The position numbers and the translations under genes are program-made. The notes below the pieces were generated by a model, which was not told where the DNA came from, did no database searches, and saw only the letters and a program-made list of their open reading frames with translations. From Candidatus Peregrinibacteria bacterium (GTDB taxonomy: Bacteria; Patescibacteriota; Gracilibacteria; Peribacterales; Peribacteraceae), in the NCBI GenBank assembly GCA_016866815.1, contig VGKZ01000001.1, forward strand, positions 1 to 36,663: a stretch of 36,663 nt of DNA, given 5' to 3'. This document shows positions 1 through 8,700 of the stretch, piece after piece (the stretch's first letter is position 1; each line of letters begins with the position of its first letter).

Positions 1-204
1 ACTCCAGAGCAGCGTAATATCGACTTCCTTTTCCGGATCTTCGACGACGGTGCCGCTTCCCGTTCCTCCTCCCATGATCTCCTCCATGACTTTGTACTCT
101 TCACTCATTTTCTGCTGCTCGAAACGTGTGCCAAGATGCATGCCCAACGCGAGGGTCAGGGCCGGGAGCGCTATGAGAGTCAGGCTGCGGAGGAACTTGG
201 ACAT
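1..204 (-). CDS. partial CDS: N-terminal 68 codons of a signal-anchored exported protein, possibly an S41 C-terminal-processing peptidase; continues beyond the window start
   Basis: My own minus-strand translation from ATG at 204-202: MSKFLRSLTLIALPALTLALGMHLGTRFEQQKMSEEYKVMEEIMGGGTGSGTVVEDPEKEVDITLLWS. It stays open to position 1. It has a hydrophobic signal/anchor followed by a Gly-rich linker. It is absent from the ORF track because it is truncated. The family guess is weak. Confidence 0.4.
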   Translation of the reverse strand, partial: MSKFLRSLTLIALPALTLALGMHLGTRFEQQKMSEEYKVMEEIMGGGTGSGTVVEDPEKEVDITLLWS

Positions 205-262
205 GGACGGCATTCTACAGAAATTCCTCTGTTCCTGTGAGGCATATTCCCGCTTTCTTTTT

Positions 263-292
263 TTGTTTTTCCATTGTTCAGTCTTTTAAGAT
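263..292 (+). promoter_or_regulatory. putative sigma70-like promoter: -35 TTGTTT (263-268), 18-nt spacer, -10 TAAGAT (287-292), 6 nt before ATG 299
   Basis: Hexamers read directly from the sequence. The T-rich divergent intergenic region is 205-298. There is no Shine-Dalgarno between the -10 and the ATG. Confidence 0.3.
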
Positions 293-298
293 ACCACC

Positions 299-847
299 AT
301 GGATTCCTCCGTTGCTATTCCGCCGATTACCGGCGACATGACGATTCGTGATGTTGTGGCGATTTTCCCTGAAGCAGCGGATATCATGATGGAGTACGGT
401 CTGCACTGCTTTTCCTGTGCGGTCGGAGGTGTGGAAACCCTCATGGAAGGTTGCCGCATTCACGGTTTTGACGATGACACTGCGGCTGCCCTGATAGCCG
501 ATATCAACGAAGCGCGCGGAAAGGCCCCGCGTCGTCCACTGACGATCACCATTACCGAGCCCGCTGCACGCGGTATCCTCGAAATCATGCAGAGAGAGAA
601 GAAAGAGCATCACATACTGCTCGTCACATTGGATGAAACGGGAGGGTTTTGCATGGAGTTTCGTGAAACTGCCGGAGACGGTGATGGCACATTCGGCCAC
701 ACTGCCGTTCCGGATGTCCGCGTGTGCGCGTCTGCCATGACATTGTCGCGTATTGGCGGCGCTACCATCGATTTTCGCGATGGTCGGTTCAAGCTGGATC
801 TTAAAGAAGAATGCTGTAAAGGTAGTGGAGGATGTGCATGTCATTGA
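299..847 (+). CDS. DUF1858 (hybrid-cluster-protein-associated redox disulfide domain) fused to a HesB/IscA-like Fe-S cluster domain
   Basis: 182-aa ORF. The N-terminus MTIRDVVAIFPEAADIMMEYGLHCFSCAVGGVETLMEGC is typical of DUF1858. The central part (LTITITEPAARGILEIM...LLVTLDETGGFCMEF...IDFRDGRFKLD) is HesB/IscA-like. The tail is Cys-rich (CCKGSGGCACH). Confidence 0.8.
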   Translation: MDSSVAIPPITGDMTIRDVVAIFPEAADIMMEYGLHCFSCAVGGVETLMEGCRIHGFDDDTAAALIADINEARGKAPRRPLTITITEPAARGILEIMQREKKEHHILLVTLDETGGFCMEFRETAGDGDGTFGHTAVPDVRVCASAMTLSRIGGATIDFRDGRFKLDLKEECCKGSGGCACH

Positions 848-860
848 TAGGTCGCAGAAA

Positions 861-920
861 ATTATCATTGATCAATTATCAATTTTCAGAACATGAACAA
901 TGATCAATGCTCTATGTTCA
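861..920. repeat. AT-rich heptamer tandem arrays: ATTATCA TTGATCA ATTATCA ATTTTCA (861-888), a 4-nt gap, then ATGAACA ATGATCA ATGCTCT ATGTTCA (893-920)
   Basis: Period-7 register read directly. It includes the 10-bp palindrome ATTGATCAAT. It lies in the intergenic region upstream of the RNase H gene. Confidence 0.8.
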
Positions 921-997
921 TTGCATATTCTGTGAAAATTGATGCAATTGAACATTAGCAATGTGCGTACTGTTGCTTTCGCGATATACTGCTTTGC

Positions 998-1570
998 GTG
1001 CTGCGACTCCCTGCTTCTCTCACGCGGAAACTTGAACAGCTCTTTCCGAAATCCGCGGAGAGAAACCGCTTCGTCGTGGATGTACTGACGACTGCACTGG
1101 AGCAGTACAATCAGCAGGGGGCAGAGGAGGAAGTGATGGTCGGTGGCACTCTGCATTTGTTCACGGACGGTGGATCACGAGGGAACCCCGGTCAGGCTGC
1201 CATCGGGATTGTGCTGGTAGATCCAACGCAGGGCAGGGTCATTCGTGAGCACTATGAACGGATCGGTATTGAGACGAACAATGTTGCGGAATACCGTGCA
1301 TTAATAGAAGGACTCAAAATCGCCAAGCACTACCATCCGAATCGGCTCCTGTGCCATCTCGACAGTGAGCTTATCGTGAAGCAGCTCAATGGCGAATATC
1401 AGGTGAAAATGCCTACGTTGCAGGCATTTGTGGAGGAGATCCGCGAACTCAGCGCTGATTTTCCGGAGGTGGCGTTCAAGCACATTCCCAGAGGTGACAA
1501 TTTCCGTGCCGACAGTCTCGTCAATCGTGCGCTCGATGCCCATCCCTCACCGAAGTATGAGAGAGCGTGA
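998..1570 (+). CDS. ribonuclease HI family protein with an N-terminal extension of about 45 aa
   Basis: Motifs seen: LFTDGGSRGNPGQAAIGIVL, NNVAEYRALIEGLKIA, DSELIVKQLNGEYQVK, HIPRGDNFRADSLVNRAL (the RNase H DEDD-type core). The start is GTG at 998, with TATACT 7 nt upstream. An alternative start is ATG at 1135. Confidence 0.85.
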   Translation: MLRLPASLTRKLEQLFPKSAERNRFVVDVLTTALEQYNQQGAEEEVMVGGTLHLFTDGGSRGNPGQAAIGIVLVDPTQGRVIREHYERIGIETNNVAEYRALIEGLKIAKHYHPNRLLCHLDSELIVKQLNGEYQVKMPTLQAFVEEIRELSADFPEVAFKHIPRGDNFRADSLVNRALDAHPSPKYERA

Positions 1571-2882
1571 CGCAGGAACCCGCGAATACCAGAGAATCCG
1601 GGGATGTCTTTTCTTCGGTTTCTTCGGTGTGTTTGGTTGTTTCGGCATCTTCTTGTTTCCCCAATCCGTTGCCGCTGCCTATCCCACGCTGACGTACCGC
1701 TATCACCATCATCTTTTTGTCATCAATCCCAATGGCGAACCTGCGTGGCGTGCGCATGAGGAAGTGTGGTTCTTTCGCGGTACGCAAATCCGTCCGCCGC
1801 AGCGTTTTCTGGTCGATGGTGATGTGATTCCTCCGCTTCCGGATGGAGTGGAACGGTCCACGCGGGTTGCGTGGAACACGGATGCGATCGCCGCGACGAT
1901 CAGCAGGAAAATCGGCGCCGCTCTCGATAGGGAAGCGGGAACAGTGACGATCGGGAAAGATCAGGCGGGGAAGATTGTCTTCGAAGGTTTGGGATTGACC
2001 GGACTACAGGTCGATACAAGGCGTGCCGCCGCTCTCACGGTTGCCGCAATCGAAGCTGGTGTGCCGGATGTCATTCTGCCTGTCACTGAAATTCAACCGA
2101 CACTGACCGTACATGATCCTGAGCTTGCTGCTCTGGGTATCCGGGAAGTCGTCGCCATCGGCGATTCCAACTTCGCGCGCTCTCCCGCTGCCCGCCGTCA
2201 CAATATTGCCGTAGGAGCTGCACGCTTCAACGGGCACCTCATACCACAAGGTGCTACTTTTTCTTTCAATGAAGTTCTGGGACCTGTGAACGCGGCAATG
2301 GGGTACAAGAAGGAGCTCGTGATCTTGGGTGAACGAACGCTTCCAGATTACGGAGGAGGGCTCTGTCAGGTCAGTACCACCGCATATCGCGGCATTTGGG
2401 AATACGGCTTTCCCATTGAGTCGCGTAAAAATCACAGCTTTGCCGTACAGTACTATGCTCCGCAGGGAACGGATGCCACCATCTATCCGCCGAATATCGA
2501 CATGAAGTTTGTGAATGACAGCCCGGGGGCACTCCTGATGCAGACTCATGTGGAAGGAGACAACGCGTACTTTATTTACTACGGCACGCGCGATACACGC
2601 GAGAGTGAGATCGTCGGGCCGTACACGTGGAACAAGAGGGCGCCTCCTCCCGATAAATTCGAGTATACGAGTGATATCGAACCTGGTACCACGCGGGTGG
2701 TCGGCAAAGCCGTTCCCGGACTGCAGGCTGCATGGTTTCGCATTGTTCGACCCGTGAATGGTCAGGAGAAGACGGAGCCTGTATTTTCCGCGTACGAAGC
2801 GCGCCCGAACTTCACGCAGATCGGCGTTGCTGCTCTGCAGCTCCCCTCATTGGACGTACCCGAAACTGATGCCGGCAACTAA
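1557..2882 (+). CDS. VanW family protein (membrane-anchored)
   Basis: The VanW core is GGGLCQVSTTAYRGIWEYGFPIESRKNHSFAVQYYAPQGTDATIYPPNIDMKFVNDSPG. I chose ATG 1557 (MRERDAG...), which precedes the TM helix. The track ORF start at 1428 would overlap the RNase H gene. Confidence 0.85.
   Translation: MRERDAGTREYQRIRGCLFFGFFGVFGCFGIFLFPQSVAAAYPTLTYRYHHHLFVINPNGEPAWRAHEEVWFFRGTQIRPPQRFLVDGDVIPPLPDGVERSTRVAWNTDAIAATISRKIGAALDREAGTVTIGKDQAGKIVFEGLGLTGLQVDTRRAAALTVAAIEAGVPDVILPVTEIQPTLTVHDPELAALGIREVVAIGDSNFARSPAARRHNIAVGAARFNGHLIPQGATFSFNEVLGPVNAAMGYKKELVILGERTLPDYGGGLCQVSTTAYRGIWEYGFPIESRKNHSFAVQYYAPQGTDATIYPPNIDMKFVNDSPGALLMQTHVEGDNAYFIYYGTRDTRESEIVGPYTWNKRAPPPDKFEYTSDIEPGTTRVVGKAVPGLQAAWFRIVRPVNGQEKTEPVFSAYEARPNFTQIGVAALQLPSLDVPETDAGN
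1611..1646 (+). repeat. in-frame 9-nt tandem array: TTCTTCGGT x2, then GTGTTTGGT and TGTTTCGGC
   Basis: The array is codon-aligned in the VanW N-terminal TM segment and encodes FFG FFG VFG CFG. Confidence 0.75.
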
Positions 2883-3514
2883 CGCATCGCCTGTGCAATG
2901 ACGCCGGCGCGCGGAGCTCTGCTCAGCGCTTCGGACAGGAGTTCCGCGCATACAGGTGAGAAGAATTCCTTTTCCTTTTGCAGGAGTGCGGGGAGCGATT
3001 CCCAATTGCCCTCCATGCTTTTTTGAATGTAGATCATCTGATTCGGTGAACAACGGGAGAATCGGATATTTCCCGTGTCGGGAAGCAGACCGAGCAGATG
3101 CAGCATCCGAAGCGTGTACGGCAGTACCGTATGATCAGCGCCGCGAAAGCAGCGCTCCAGAAATCCCGCCGTTGCATCGAACAGTTCGGGGAGCGGTTCT
3201 TCGTCGTGCAGGGAGAGCAGCAGGAGTTCGATGCCTTGCTGGGCGTGCAGGAAGGCACGTACATCGTTGCCCAGAATCTCTCCGGCGATTGAGGCGTCGG
3301 TGACGATGTATCCCGTCGAGCTTGCCTTCACGTGCATGGTGATGCGCCGGAGCGGCAACAGTGTCCCACCCAGACGGCTGCCGGGTTTGCGGACACCGCG
3401 CGCGCGGATTGCCATTTTCCCTCTCTCTTTCGTAAAGACGATGCAGAAACGATCCGCTTCTCCCACATCATGCACTTTCAGCACGATTGTATCGAGTGTC
3501 AGGGTGCGGGGCAT
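2879..3514 (-). CDS. recO: DNA repair protein RecO
   Basis: 211 aa. The N-terminal OB-fold signature is TLDTIVLKVHDVGEADRFCIVFTKERGKMAIRARGVRKPGSRLGG. The length and layout are typical of RecO. Confidence 0.85.
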   Translation of the reverse strand: MPRTLTLDTIVLKVHDVGEADRFCIVFTKERGKMAIRARGVRKPGSRLGGTLLPLRRITMHVKASSTGYIVTDASIAGEILGNDVRAFLHAQQGIELLLLSLHDEEPLPELFDATAGFLERCFRGADHTVLPYTLRMLHLLGLLPDTGNIRFSRCSPNQMIYIQKSMEGNWESLPALLQKEKEFFSPVCAELLSEALSRAPRAGVIAQAMR

Positions 3515-3520
3515 ACGTTG

Positions 3521-3526
3521 AGTATA
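3521..3526 (-). promoter_or_regulatory. -10-like TATACT (minus sense), 6 nt upstream of the recO ATG
   Basis: The + strand reads agtata at 3521-3526. The recO ATG is at 3514-3512. Confidence 0.3.
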
Positions 3527-3533
3527 GGTCTGT

Positions 3534-3560
3534 GACGTCTACGACGTCTACGATGTAGAT
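3534..3560. repeat. 9-nt tandem repeat: GACGTCTAC x2 plus degenerate GATGTAGAT; contains the inverted repeat TCTAC-GAT-GTAGA
   Basis: Read directly in the recO-ftsX intergenic region. Confidence 0.8.
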
Positions 3561-3587
3561 ATATACCTTACACACTCCGTACACCTC

Positions 3588-4589
3588 TTACACCGCATAC
3601 GCGATACGCGGTGATACCACTTGCGGCCGTATGCCGAGCCAGGCTCCGGTGCCCGCTATGAGAGGCGATACGAGGATCTCAACGGCGATGATTATTGGCA
3701 GCAGTGAGTGCAGCAGCGGCGTCACTTCGGCACGAAGATCTGTGAGTACACCGCCGGATGAAAGTCCGGGGACCAGCAGCGGAATGGCGAGCAGGAGCAC
3801 GCTCAATACCGCTGCACTGAGGACGACACTGATAGCGCAGAGCACAGTGGCCTCCGTCGCGAAGGGCAACAGAATCGACATAGGCGTTGCACCGACCAAT
3901 CGTTCGACCAGCACCTCGTCACTGCGCGCCAGTGCCCGTCTTCGTGTGAGTTCTGTCACAATGAAGACCAGCGCAGTACCGGTTACAACGAGAATAACGC
4001 CCATGAGCGCTCGTCCGGTTTGTGTCACCCGAAGCAGCGCATACATCTGTTTTTCCTGATCAGTCACGTCGGTCAGGAATGTAGGGTTCACGGTCATTCG
4101 CCATTCTTCCTTTCCGACGAATGCAGAGAATAAGCGGTAATCCTCCAGATTCTTCAGGGTGACTCCGATGGTGTCTGCGAAGGGGTTTTCGAGCTTGAAC
4201 TGCTCCAGAAAAGCGATGAGTTCCGGATCCTGCGTGCGCATGTGCTCATACGCCTTTTCTTTCGTAATCAGCGTCAGCTGATCCACAAAAGGCTCCGCCG
4301 ACAGAGCTCCGTAGAATTTCTGGATATCGGCATCGGAGGCTTCCGCGTGCAATTCCAGACGCAAGTCGGTTTTGTGTCGCAGCATGGACTGTATTCCCTG
4401 CAGGCCGAGCATCATGACTCCGAGAAGCTGTACAAGGAGCAGCACACCGAAGAGCGCGCCGAGCGCCGTCATCCATTCCCCTTCGCGCCGGAGAGTGAGA
4501 AGTCCCCTGAGAATGCCACGCCGGACGATAGTTACCATCGAGGATGTGACCACAAAACCACTATATGCCATCTCCCGAGCTACGCCCAA
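3588..4589 (-). CDS. ftsX: cell-division ABC transporter permease FtsX-like
   Basis: It has an N-terminal TM helix. The periplasmic domain reads LTLITKEKAYEHMRTQDPELIAFLEQFKLENPFADTIGVTLKNLEDY. Three C-terminal TM helices follow. No ftsE is adjacent. Confidence 0.8.
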   Translation of the reverse strand: MGVAREMAYSGFVVTSSMVTIVRRGILRGLLTLRREGEWMTALGALFGVLLLVQLLGVMMLGLQGIQSMLRHKTDLRLELHAEASDADIQKFYGALSAEPFVDQLTLITKEKAYEHMRTQDPELIAFLEQFKLENPFADTIGVTLKNLEDYRLFSAFVGKEEWRMTVNPTFLTDVTDQEKQMYALLRVTQTGRALMGVILVVTGTALVFIVTELTRRRALARSDEVLVERLVGATPMSILLPFATEATVLCAISVVLSAAVLSVLLLAIPLLVPGLSSGGVLTDLRAEVTPLLHSLLPIIIAVEILVSPLIAGTGAWLGIRPQVVSPRIAYAV

Positions 4590-4595
4590 TGGTCG

Positions 4596-5195
4596 CTATG
4601 CTGCGTGCTGACGGTTGTGTGCGTTTCCGATCACCTTCATGCACTCCAGCGCCTTCGGGTTCTCCGGATCCAGTTCGATTGCGCGCTCGAACAGAGCTTT
4701 TGCCTTCACGATGTTGCCTGTTTGCAGATACGCGACGCCGAGATCGCAGAGTGTCAGCGGGTTTTCGGTATCGAGGTTCAGTGAACGTTCGAGTGTCACG
4801 ATACCTTGCGCACGTTCCCCCTTGCTGAAGAGCGCCCAACCCAGACAGCGCAGGATTTCTGCATTGTTCGGACGCATGGCGTTTGCTTTACGGAGGAGCT
4901 CCACCGCATCGTTCCAGTCGCGGTCAATGGATTTCAGGAATCCGAGGATGTAATGCCCCGTGTAACTCTCAACATCGATCTCCACCGCCTGTTGCGCGGC
5001 GGCACGTGCTCGCTCATAGCGTTCCAAACTCAATTCATTATCCGCTACTTCCTCCAATGCGGGAACATTCTGCGGATCCTCCATCAACAGTGTCTCCAGA
5101 ATCACCAGAGCCTCTGCATAGCGACCCGAAAGCTTGAGTTGCTCCGCCTCTTCGAGGCGTTCAAGCGTGTCGGAGGAGGTCGTGTCGTCGCTCAT
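4596..5195 (-). CDS. tetratricopeptide (TPR) repeat protein
   Basis: Repeated TPR-like helices are present (YAEALVILETLL, YERARAAAQQAVEID, WNDAVELLRKANAMRPNNAEI, RAQGIVTLERSLNLD, NIVKAKALFERAIELDPENP). I chose ATG 5195 because GGAGG lies 6 nt upstream. The track start is 5246. Confidence 0.8.
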   Translation of the reverse strand: MSDDTTSSDTLERLEEAEQLKLSGRYAEALVILETLLMEDPQNVPALEEVADNELSLERYERARAAAQQAVEIDVESYTGHYILGFLKSIDRDWNDAVELLRKANAMRPNNAEILRCLGWALFSKGERAQGIVTLERSLNLDTENPLTLCDLGVAYLQTGNIVKAKALFERAIELDPENPKALECMKVIGNAHNRQHAA

Positions 5196-5289
5196 GCGTA
5201 CCTCCGATGATACGTGATGCTCCTTTTGCGTACAGCAACAATCCACACTTTTTCCGCGGGGACTTTCTTACGTTTTCCGGAGGGCTGTA

Positions 5290-5646
5290 TCAGCCGTAAA
5301 GGTAGAACAGCACCGTATTCAGAATCGCGAGTGCAGAGAGCGCCACAACGATACCGATGAGTGCCGCAATCATGATGTTCTTGCCGCTGTTTTTGTACTC
5401 TTCATTGATGTAACCGGTGATGTATCGCATCGCGCCGAAGAGAAATGCAGCCGCCGATATGTAGAAAACGGAACCCGTCATGGTACCGACGATGTTGCTT
5501 AGGATTTCCGCCCATGTGATATCACCTTGATAGAAACCGCTGACGGGGAATGTTATGGGAGTGTACTGGGCTATTGCCACAGGTATACCCGCGATGCAGG
5601 CACCGATGGTTGCAGCAGCCCGGCCAATGAATCGTATTCCGTACAT
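5290..5646 (-). CDS. small membrane protein, possibly a TrbC/VirB2-like (T4SS-type) pilin of the kind common in CPR genomes
   Basis: About 118 aa, with an N-terminal hydrophobic segment and two further TM helices around GAMRYITGYINEEYKNSGKNIMIAALIGIVVALSALAI. The ATG at 5646 is preferred over the GTG at 5670 because TGCTATAAT lies between them. Confidence 0.5.
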   Translation of the reverse strand: MYGIRFIGRAAATIGACIAGIPVAIAQYTPITFPVSGFYQGDITWAEILSNIVGTMTGSVFYISAAAFLFGAMRYITGYINEEYKNSGKNIMIAALIGIVVALSALAILNTVLFYLYG

Positions 5647-5652
5647 CAGGGT

Positions 5653-5661
5653 ATTATAGCA
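5653..5661 (-). promoter_or_regulatory. extended -10 promoter TGcTATAAT (minus sense), 6 nt upstream of ATG 5646
   Basis: The + strand reads attatagca at 5653-5661. Confidence 0.4.
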
Positions 5662-5707
5662 TATTTCCACCTCTCACGGCAGGCGGTTTTCCGGTTGAGA
5701 CTTTGCT

Positions 5708-5735
5708 TTGTCCACAGGGCTCCGGCCTGTAGACT
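5708..5735 (+). promoter_or_regulatory. putative promoter: -35 TTGTCC, 16-nt spacer, -10 TAGACT, 9 nt before the PBP ATG
   Basis: Hexamers read directly from the sequence. Confidence 0.3.
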
Positions 5736-5744
5736 TCTAACTCC

Positions 5745-8700
5745 ATGACGGCCTTTGCTTCGCGTCCCCTTGCGGGAAACTCTTCCGGCCCCCGGATTCG
5801 CCGCTTTCTGCCGCAGTCCTTCAAAAGTCGAGCATCTTCTGTGTTGGGCAGAAGCTCACTGCGCTATCTCTGGAATTCCCGAACACTGGTCAATCGTCGG
5901 CGTTTCATCGGTGGCTCAATTCTGTTTGTCGTCCTCTATGCTGCGTTTCTCTGGCTGACGCTTCCGGACATCACGGATCCGGTGAAATTTCTCGCGTCCC
6001 AGAGCACGGTGATCACCGACAGAAACGGAACGGAATTGTACAGGTTGTTCCAGGAGGAAGACCGTACTTTTGTTCCAGGGGATGCCATTCCGAAACACAT
6101 GAAGCAGGCGACGATTGCCATAGAAGACGAACGGTACTACGAGCGCGGGTGCTTGGATATGCGTGCAATTGCCCGTGTTGTCATTTACCTCGGACAAGCA
6201 GGAGGAGGTTCCACCATTACCCGTCAGCTTGCGCGCAACGCGCTGGATCTGCAGCAGGACAACCGGGTTCACCGCAAAATAAAGGAGTTGATCCTCGGTT
6301 GTCAGCTGGAGAGTCAATACGATAAGGAAAAGCTGCTTGAATTATATTTGAACTGGATTCCCTTTGGCAGGAATGCCTACGGTATTGAACAGGCAAGCAG
6401 AGCATATTTTCAGATCTCTGCGGACAAGCTGTCCCTTGCACAGTCAGCGGTTCTTGCTGCACTGCCGCAGCGACCGTCGTACTTCAGCCCATACGGGAAT
6501 CATGTCCGTACGTCGGTGGACGATGCAGTAGAACAAGACATCATTGCCGGACGTATTGAATCGGCTTCAGAAATCTCCGATGAAGATGTATCCGTAGGCC
6601 TGCTCGGTGCCTATGCAGGCACAGGGTCGCACGTGGTGTACATCGGAGGTCGCGCCGATCAGGTACTCCGCAATATGCAGAATCTCGGATTCATCAAGGA
6701 GGCCGAACGCCTCGCGGCGCTGGAGGAGCTGGAGACCATGGTGTTCCAGCCAGCGCGGGAAAATATTCGTGCTCCGCATTTCGTGCTCCATATTCGTGAC
6801 GAAGTGCAATCCTTGTTTCAAGGCAAGACAGAGGAGGGTCTCTTCGAGCAGGGGGGATTGCACATTCGTACGACGCTCGATTGGGAACTGCAGCAAATCG
6901 CCGAAAAGGTTGTTGCCGATCATCGCCAGGACGTGAAGGACCGTTTTGGAGCGGACAATATTGCTCTCGTTGCCGTTGATCCCGTGACCAATGAGGTTCT
7001 CGCCTACGTCGGTAACATGGACTACGAAGACACCGAGTACGGCGGAAAAATCGATATGGTGACGGTTCCGCGCCAACCGGGCTCCTCCTTCAAGCCCTTC
7101 ATCTATGCAGCAGCGTTCAAAAATGGTCACGGACCTGCAACAGTCCTCTGGGATGTTCCCACCAAAATCGGCGATGATGAGCCACAGAACTTCGACGGTC
7201 GTTTCTGGGGTCCGGTGACGATCCGCAAGGCGCTCGGAGGCTCGCGGAATCTTCCCGCCGTCAAGGCGTACTTCCTCGCCGGTGAAGAGGACCAGATCCT
7301 CGCGCTCGTCAGCGCCATGGGCGCCCCGACACCGCTTGAGCGTAAGCGTACATTGCAAACAGAGAGATCCGAGGGATTCGATTACGGTTGGCCGCTTGCT
7401 CTCGGAGCGGGGGAGACTCCCCTCATCGAGATGGTTTCCGCGTATGGAACTTTTGCCAGGGGAGGCAAAGCCCTTCCGGTCACCGATCTTCTCCTTGTCA
7501 CGGACAACAAAGGTAATCTTCTCTACGAAAAGCCCGAAGAAGAACCCAAAGAAGCACTCGATGAGCGTATTGCGTATCAGATCACGTCGGTTCTCAGTGA
7601 TGAGTCGGCACGACCGCATGAATACTGGAGGACGCAACTCAGTATTCCGGGGTACCAGACAGCTGCGAAGACCGGCACGAGTAACAAGTGTCTGGAGTGG
7701 AGTTCCGAAGTGAAAACGGACCGCTTCTGCAAGCTCCGTAAACCGGACAATGCCTGGGTGGTCGGCTACACGCCGAACCTTGTTGCCGGCGTCTGGGCCG
7801 GCAATGCAGATTCTTCGGCGATGTTCGACAAAGGTGACGGACTCAATACATCCAGTCCTCTCTGGAAGGACTTCATGGTCGCCGCTCACCGGAAACTGCA
7901 GAATCCCAAAATGGAATTTACCATTCCCGCAGGCATCATCCGTCCCCAGATTTCCACGTTGTCGGGTCAGCTGCCGACGGCGTGTACGCCCGTTGCATAC
8001 CGCAAGGCAGACGTATTCTTTGCCGATGCCCCGCCCACGCAGTCGGATCCCGCATGCGCACAGCTCACCGTAGACCGCGTAACCGGACTTTTGGCATCAG
8101 ACGCCTGTCCTCGCGATGCTCTTTCATCCGGAAGCTTCCTTGTGCCGATTGTAGAGCTCTCTGACCGTTTCCCGGAGTGGAAGACGGCTGTAGACGGATG
8201 GATGGAGAAGCAGATGGTGCTCTGGAATGCCGCGCCAGACCACAGTGGATCGCTTCTCCCGCTGCCGCTTGCACCAACGAAAGCATGCGATCCGTCACTG
8301 ACCCCAGGTCGTATGGAAAAGCCTACGGTGGAAATTCTTTCTCCGGATGACGGGGGCACGGCCACCTATCCCGCATTCCATCCTTCCATCCGTTTCTCCG
8401 CCGGATCCTCCGTTCAGGAAGTGCGATACAGCGTCGACGGATATTCGCTTGCGACGGTCACAACAGAGCCGTTCACGCAACCGATCCGCGTACCGAGAAG
8501 CATTGCCGAAACAGGAGGGCATGAGTTCTCTGTCACACTCATTGATCAATACTTTAACTCCGCGACCGACAGTGTGCGTTTCACTTTTCAGGATGATGAA
8601 CGTCCTCCACAGGTTCGGTTCATTCTTCCGACGGGAGACGTCACGCGTCAGCGCGGTTCGGAGCTCCGGATGCGCGCGGAGGCAGTCGACAGGGAAAGCG

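Noticed and set aside
278-868. 196-aa minus-strand ORF fully overlapping the DUF1858/HesB gene
   Set aside because: It is antisense to a gene with clear domain signatures. The translation is low-complexity and Arg/Ser/Cys-rich, with no recognisable motifs. This is a typical shadow ORF in GC-rich DNA.
6567-7889. 440-aa minus-strand ORF inside the PBP gene, plus similar long antisense ORFs at 2004-2549, 8983-9840, 12480-13349, 19680-20231, 20650-21240, 22910-23566, 28229-28822 and 35651-36364
   Set aside because: Each lies opposite a CDS with strong family motifs. Their translations are Arg/Gly/His-rich and featureless.
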